Assembly: GCA_036172245.1 (NCBI GenBank)
Contig: JAYWIR010000045.1
Coordinates: 1,240,001 to 1,304,000 of the forward strand
Direction of reading: 5' to 3'
Source of the DNA: Raillietiella orientalis
Taxonomy: Eukaryota
DNA: 64,000 nucleotides
The position numbers were made by a program, and so were the translations under genes. This document shows positions 60,690-64,000 of the stretch, piece after piece. A model generated the notes under the pieces. It worked only from the letters and a program-made list of their open reading frames with translations, did not search any database and was not told the origin of the DNA. Every line of letters begins with the position of its first letter. Within the stretch, counting starts at the first letter, position 1.

Positions 60690-61087
60690 TGGTGACGACG
60701 GGCGGGCGGTATTTCGCTTCCTCCCCCTCCTCCCCCTCCTCCTCCGCAGCCTCCGCCGCGAGCTGCGCTCTCGGAACGCGCTCGCCTGCTGCGTTCTCCG
60801 CGGAGAGGGTTCGTCCGCCAGCCCTGCCGCCGAAAAGAGCCTCTTCGGCGGCGGCGGCGGCGGGGAGAGCGGGAGTAGCCAATGGGAAGCGGGAGGTGGA
60901 GACGCGGCGCCAAATCACGAGCACCCGCGCGCGCTCGTCTTCCCCCGGCGGCCCCTCCGCCGCGCGATCTTCTCCGCACGCGGTCTGGAAATGCTCGCCG
61001 CTGCTCGCCGCCGCGGAGCAGTGTTGCCATAACAGCGGAACCGGGTGGATGCGGGGCGCTTCTGCTCTCCCTCCTCCTCCCCCTGCT
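60640..61087 (+). promoter_or_regulatory. Putative CpG-rich promoter/5' UTR of eyg-B with CCAAT box
   Basis: CpG-dense, with AGCCAAT at 60877-60883 about 210 bp before the proposed ATG at 61088. Confidence 0.4.
60652..60681. repeat. (GGC)n trinucleotide repeat upstream of eyg-B
   Basis: About 10 GGC units seen directly. Confidence 0.85.
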
Positions 61088-64000
61088 ATGTTAATTCTGG
61101 AGCAAGCGCCCTCCAAGATGGAAGTGCCAGGCATTCCCGGTCTCCCGTTCCTGTCCGCTGCCGCCGCTGCGTCCCTGCCTTCGAACCTGGAAACCATGGA
61201 AGCAAGTGAGTAGGGGGCGCTGTCGCACCCCTCCTCCTCTTCCCCTCCCCCCCATCCTCCTGGACGCGGCCCCGCACGCGCATGAGAAGGGTGGCCTTCC
61301 CGAACAGGAGTCAAGAGGGAATCCCTGCAGAGGAAGGTGGGACCTCCCCATCCTCCTCCTCCTCCTCCTCCCCTCCTCCAGGCAGGGACCCACGCTGCAA
61401 GAGGGCGGTAACCGCCACCCCTCCCCTCTTATTCTACAGGAGCGCCATCTTTTTCCGCCGGTTTTCCCCTCGCGCTCCAGTGCAGAGGCGTGGCCATTCA
61501 TCCCTTCTCTTCCCGTATTCTTCCTCTTCCCTGTGAACGATGAGAGTGGCGTCTTCCACCCCCTCCCTTCCCCTCCAACCTTGCAGGAGCAGTGGCCCTG
61601 CGCATGTCCACTCTTTCCTGCCCTTCTTCTTCCATTCCATCTCCCACCTCCTTCCCTCCCTCCCTCCTTACTCCTTCTCCTCTCCATCCTCCCGGTCGTG
61701 ACCTCCATCACGCCCTGCGGGAGGGAAGGAGAAGGAGAGGATGAGGCCTCCTCCGGGACTCCTGTCCCGGCACTCCCGGCTGCTTTCCAGGGATGCGTCT
61801 CCTTCTGGAAGCATCCCGTCGCCTTCCCGCGGATGACCACGCAAAGTGCCCGCACCGCCTCTTGGAACTGGAAGGGACTCTGGGAAAGGCAGGAGCGAGA
61901 ATCCTGGGCGCCCAGACTTCTCCTCCGACCCCGCCGAAGAGGCGGAGGGAGGGCCGTTTTCCCTTTCGAGACCGCTCCTCTCCTTCCCTTGCTCTTTCTT
62001 CTGTATCCATGGGATGATTCCTCTCTCCCCCGCCGCTGCCAGGAAGGTCAATCGGAAGTACACAAGAGAGGGGCTGCAACCGCAGCTGCTGAGTGCGGAG
62101 AAGTGCGGAGAAGGGGAGCGGGAAGGATTCCCGCTCCCCTTCTCCCTCGGCGGGAACATCTCCCGGTAGCCGCAGGGAAAGCGTCCCCAAGGCAGCGAGG
62201 CACCTCTGAAGTGGTGGCATTCCTACCTTCCTCTCCCTTCCAGCAGAGAGAAGGGGAAAAAAGTCCCGGAGGGAAATCTCGAGGGAGGGGAGAAATCCTG
62301 TCCCTGCCAGCGGAGGAGCGGAGAAAGCCGGGATGCCGGAGTTCATCCGTCACCGCCTGCTGTTCCCCTCATCTTCGGTGGGATTGCGAGTCGGGATCGA
62401 AGGATGGGGGGAAAGGGGAGAAGACTTCTCCTCCACCTCCCATCGCAGGGCCTCCGGGAACCCAGGTGCTCTCAGCCCATTCAATCCGTGAGGACCTCCT
62501 GCACTTCCCGGGAGGAATGCGGGAAAATCGGGAAGATCCGCGGAGTCCTCCCTCGACCGGATCGCTTCCCGGTCTGGTTCGAAGGCGCGTTTTGGAAGGG
62601 TGAGCGGTGAAGACTCGCAGCGGATTTAATGAAGGGCGGAGGCCGCGCAGGAGGATGCCACCACACAGGGACCCTCCGCAGGCCGAAGCAGGACCCGTGG
62701 GGGCCGGTAAGGGGGGAGGAGAAGTCACCCTGGAGGTGATGCAGAGATTGGGACGCCAGCGAGCGGGAGAGTCCGGTCTTCCTTGAGCCAGCTCCTTTCT
62801 CCTCCCACGAATATCCTCCCCTACCCTTGGCGCTCGTTCCCCTTTTCTCCCCCAAGTCCCCGCGATCATGACCCACGAAGGCCGCCTGGCGCCCTCCAGC
62901 GTTGCGCGTCGCCACCACCAGGAAGGGAGGAGGGACGTCAGCCCCCCGCGGCAGCCGGGCAGATCAGCCTGAGGTGCTAATCTGAGGAGATTGGGGAGCA
63001 TCCGGGAAGTACCGCCCGATCCCGATTTCCGGGTCGGGAGCCCGCTCCCCTCCCTTCCCTCCTCCCTTGGGAACCGGAGGGCCCTGTCCTTGAGCTTTCC
63101 GAGCGTGGTTCACCGCTCCCTCGTTTCCCCTGCGACCGCCCCTAGGGACTCTTCCACTTGCTCCCGGTCTCTCCCTCATCATCCTTTCCCTGGAAGGATG
63201 CCTGAGGTCCCGAAAGATGGGGAAGGAGGATGGGGGAAGCCTTCAGGCGGAAAGCGCCCGGGTCCCCTCTGGGCTCCCATTCGGACGGCTGCGCTTCCCG
63301 GCGGCATCGCCAGGCAACAGCGAGCGCTTGCTTCTCCCGTGCCTCTCCCTCCCTCTCTAACCCTCCCCATCCAGATAGGTTGATCTCTCCCGCCTTGCGC
63401 GGACTGTATGCCGGGACGCCCTTCAGCAGGATCCCCGCCCCTTCCCCTCTCCTGGACCTCGGCAGCTACGGGCTGCGGAGCTACGACCTGGCCCAGCACG
63501 TCCTTCGGCAGCAAGGAAGCGCCAGCAAGCTCTTCGGTATGGCACGAGTTCCTCTCTCCTCACTAAGCGAGTGGGTCCTTTCCCTCCGCCTTTCCGGGAG
63601 CAGGTTCCCTGCGCCCCCCAGGAATAGTTGGAGGGAGCAAGCCCAAGGTGGCCACCCCCACTGTGGTATCGAAAATCGAGCAGTACAAGCGGGAGAACCC
63701 GACCATCTTCGCCTGGGAGATCCGGGAGAAGCTGATCTCCGAGAGTAGGGAGCTGCAGATCCCCCTGTTTCCACACCTTCCCCCTCCACCTCGCTCCTCT
63801 AGGTGTGTGCACCAACAACACTGCACCCAGCGTCAGCAGTATCAATCGCATCCTGAGGAACAGGGCCGCCGAGAGGGCAGCCGCGGAGTTCGCCCGGGCC
63901 ACCGGTTACGGGTGGTACAACCCGTACCCCCTGGATTGGCCCACAAACAACCTCTGGCCCCCCCTGACGTCATTGCCGCCCAACCACTCGCTCCATGGAT
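61088..64000 (+). CDS. eyg: Eyegone-class Pax transcription factor, copy B (canonical-looking; 3' part beyond the window)
   Basis: Exons 61088-61205, 63375-63536, 63604-63744 and 63803->64000 are joined by phase-1 GT-AG introns. Protein: [13 protein letters not shown]...[118 protein letters not shown]. The first exon and start codon are inferred. Confidence 0.9.

Noticed and set aside
10994..63500. Hundreds of overlapping ORFs, including 47764..49572 (602 aa), 31539..33026 (495 aa) and 61206..62603 (465 aa)
   Set aside because: They are R/G/P/S-rich low-complexity translations open in several frames at once, as expected from stop-codon scarcity in GC-rich non-coding DNA, and show no recognisable domains.
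10000..64000. Bacterial contamination or horizontal transfer as the source of the GC-rich block
   Set aside because: The block contains spliceosomal-intron Pax genes, microsatellites and homopolymer runs, with no operon-like coding density.

Overview
Eukaryotic (invertebrate, most likely arthropod) genomic DNA in two sharply different compartments. Bases 1 to ~9.5 kb are AT-rich and CpG-depleted. They carry a compact, multi-exon BRCA2 orthologue on the minus strand (four BRC repeats, helical domain, OB1-3, shortened Tower, many 39-52 nt introns), a possible small spliced unit upstream of it and a 5S rRNA relic. From ~10 kb to the end the DNA is GC- and CpG-rich. It holds two tandem plus-strand eyegone-class Pax genes with the same exon phases: copy A (16823-31083) and copy B (61088 to beyond the window end). 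Copy A is the most unusual element. Its RED subdomain is intact but its PAI remnant is divergent, no homeodomain is detectable before copy B starts, and its predicted last exon encodes VWRPY (Groucho-type) and RYHPW motifs. Six strict Su(H) sites cluster in and just downstream of its 3' half. A ~1 kb element with 16-bp direct repeats and a tRNA-like head sits on the AT/GC boundary. Nearly all long ORFs in the GC-rich part of the supplied track look spurious. All gene models were built by eye and family assignments rest on remembered consensus sequences; no searches were run.
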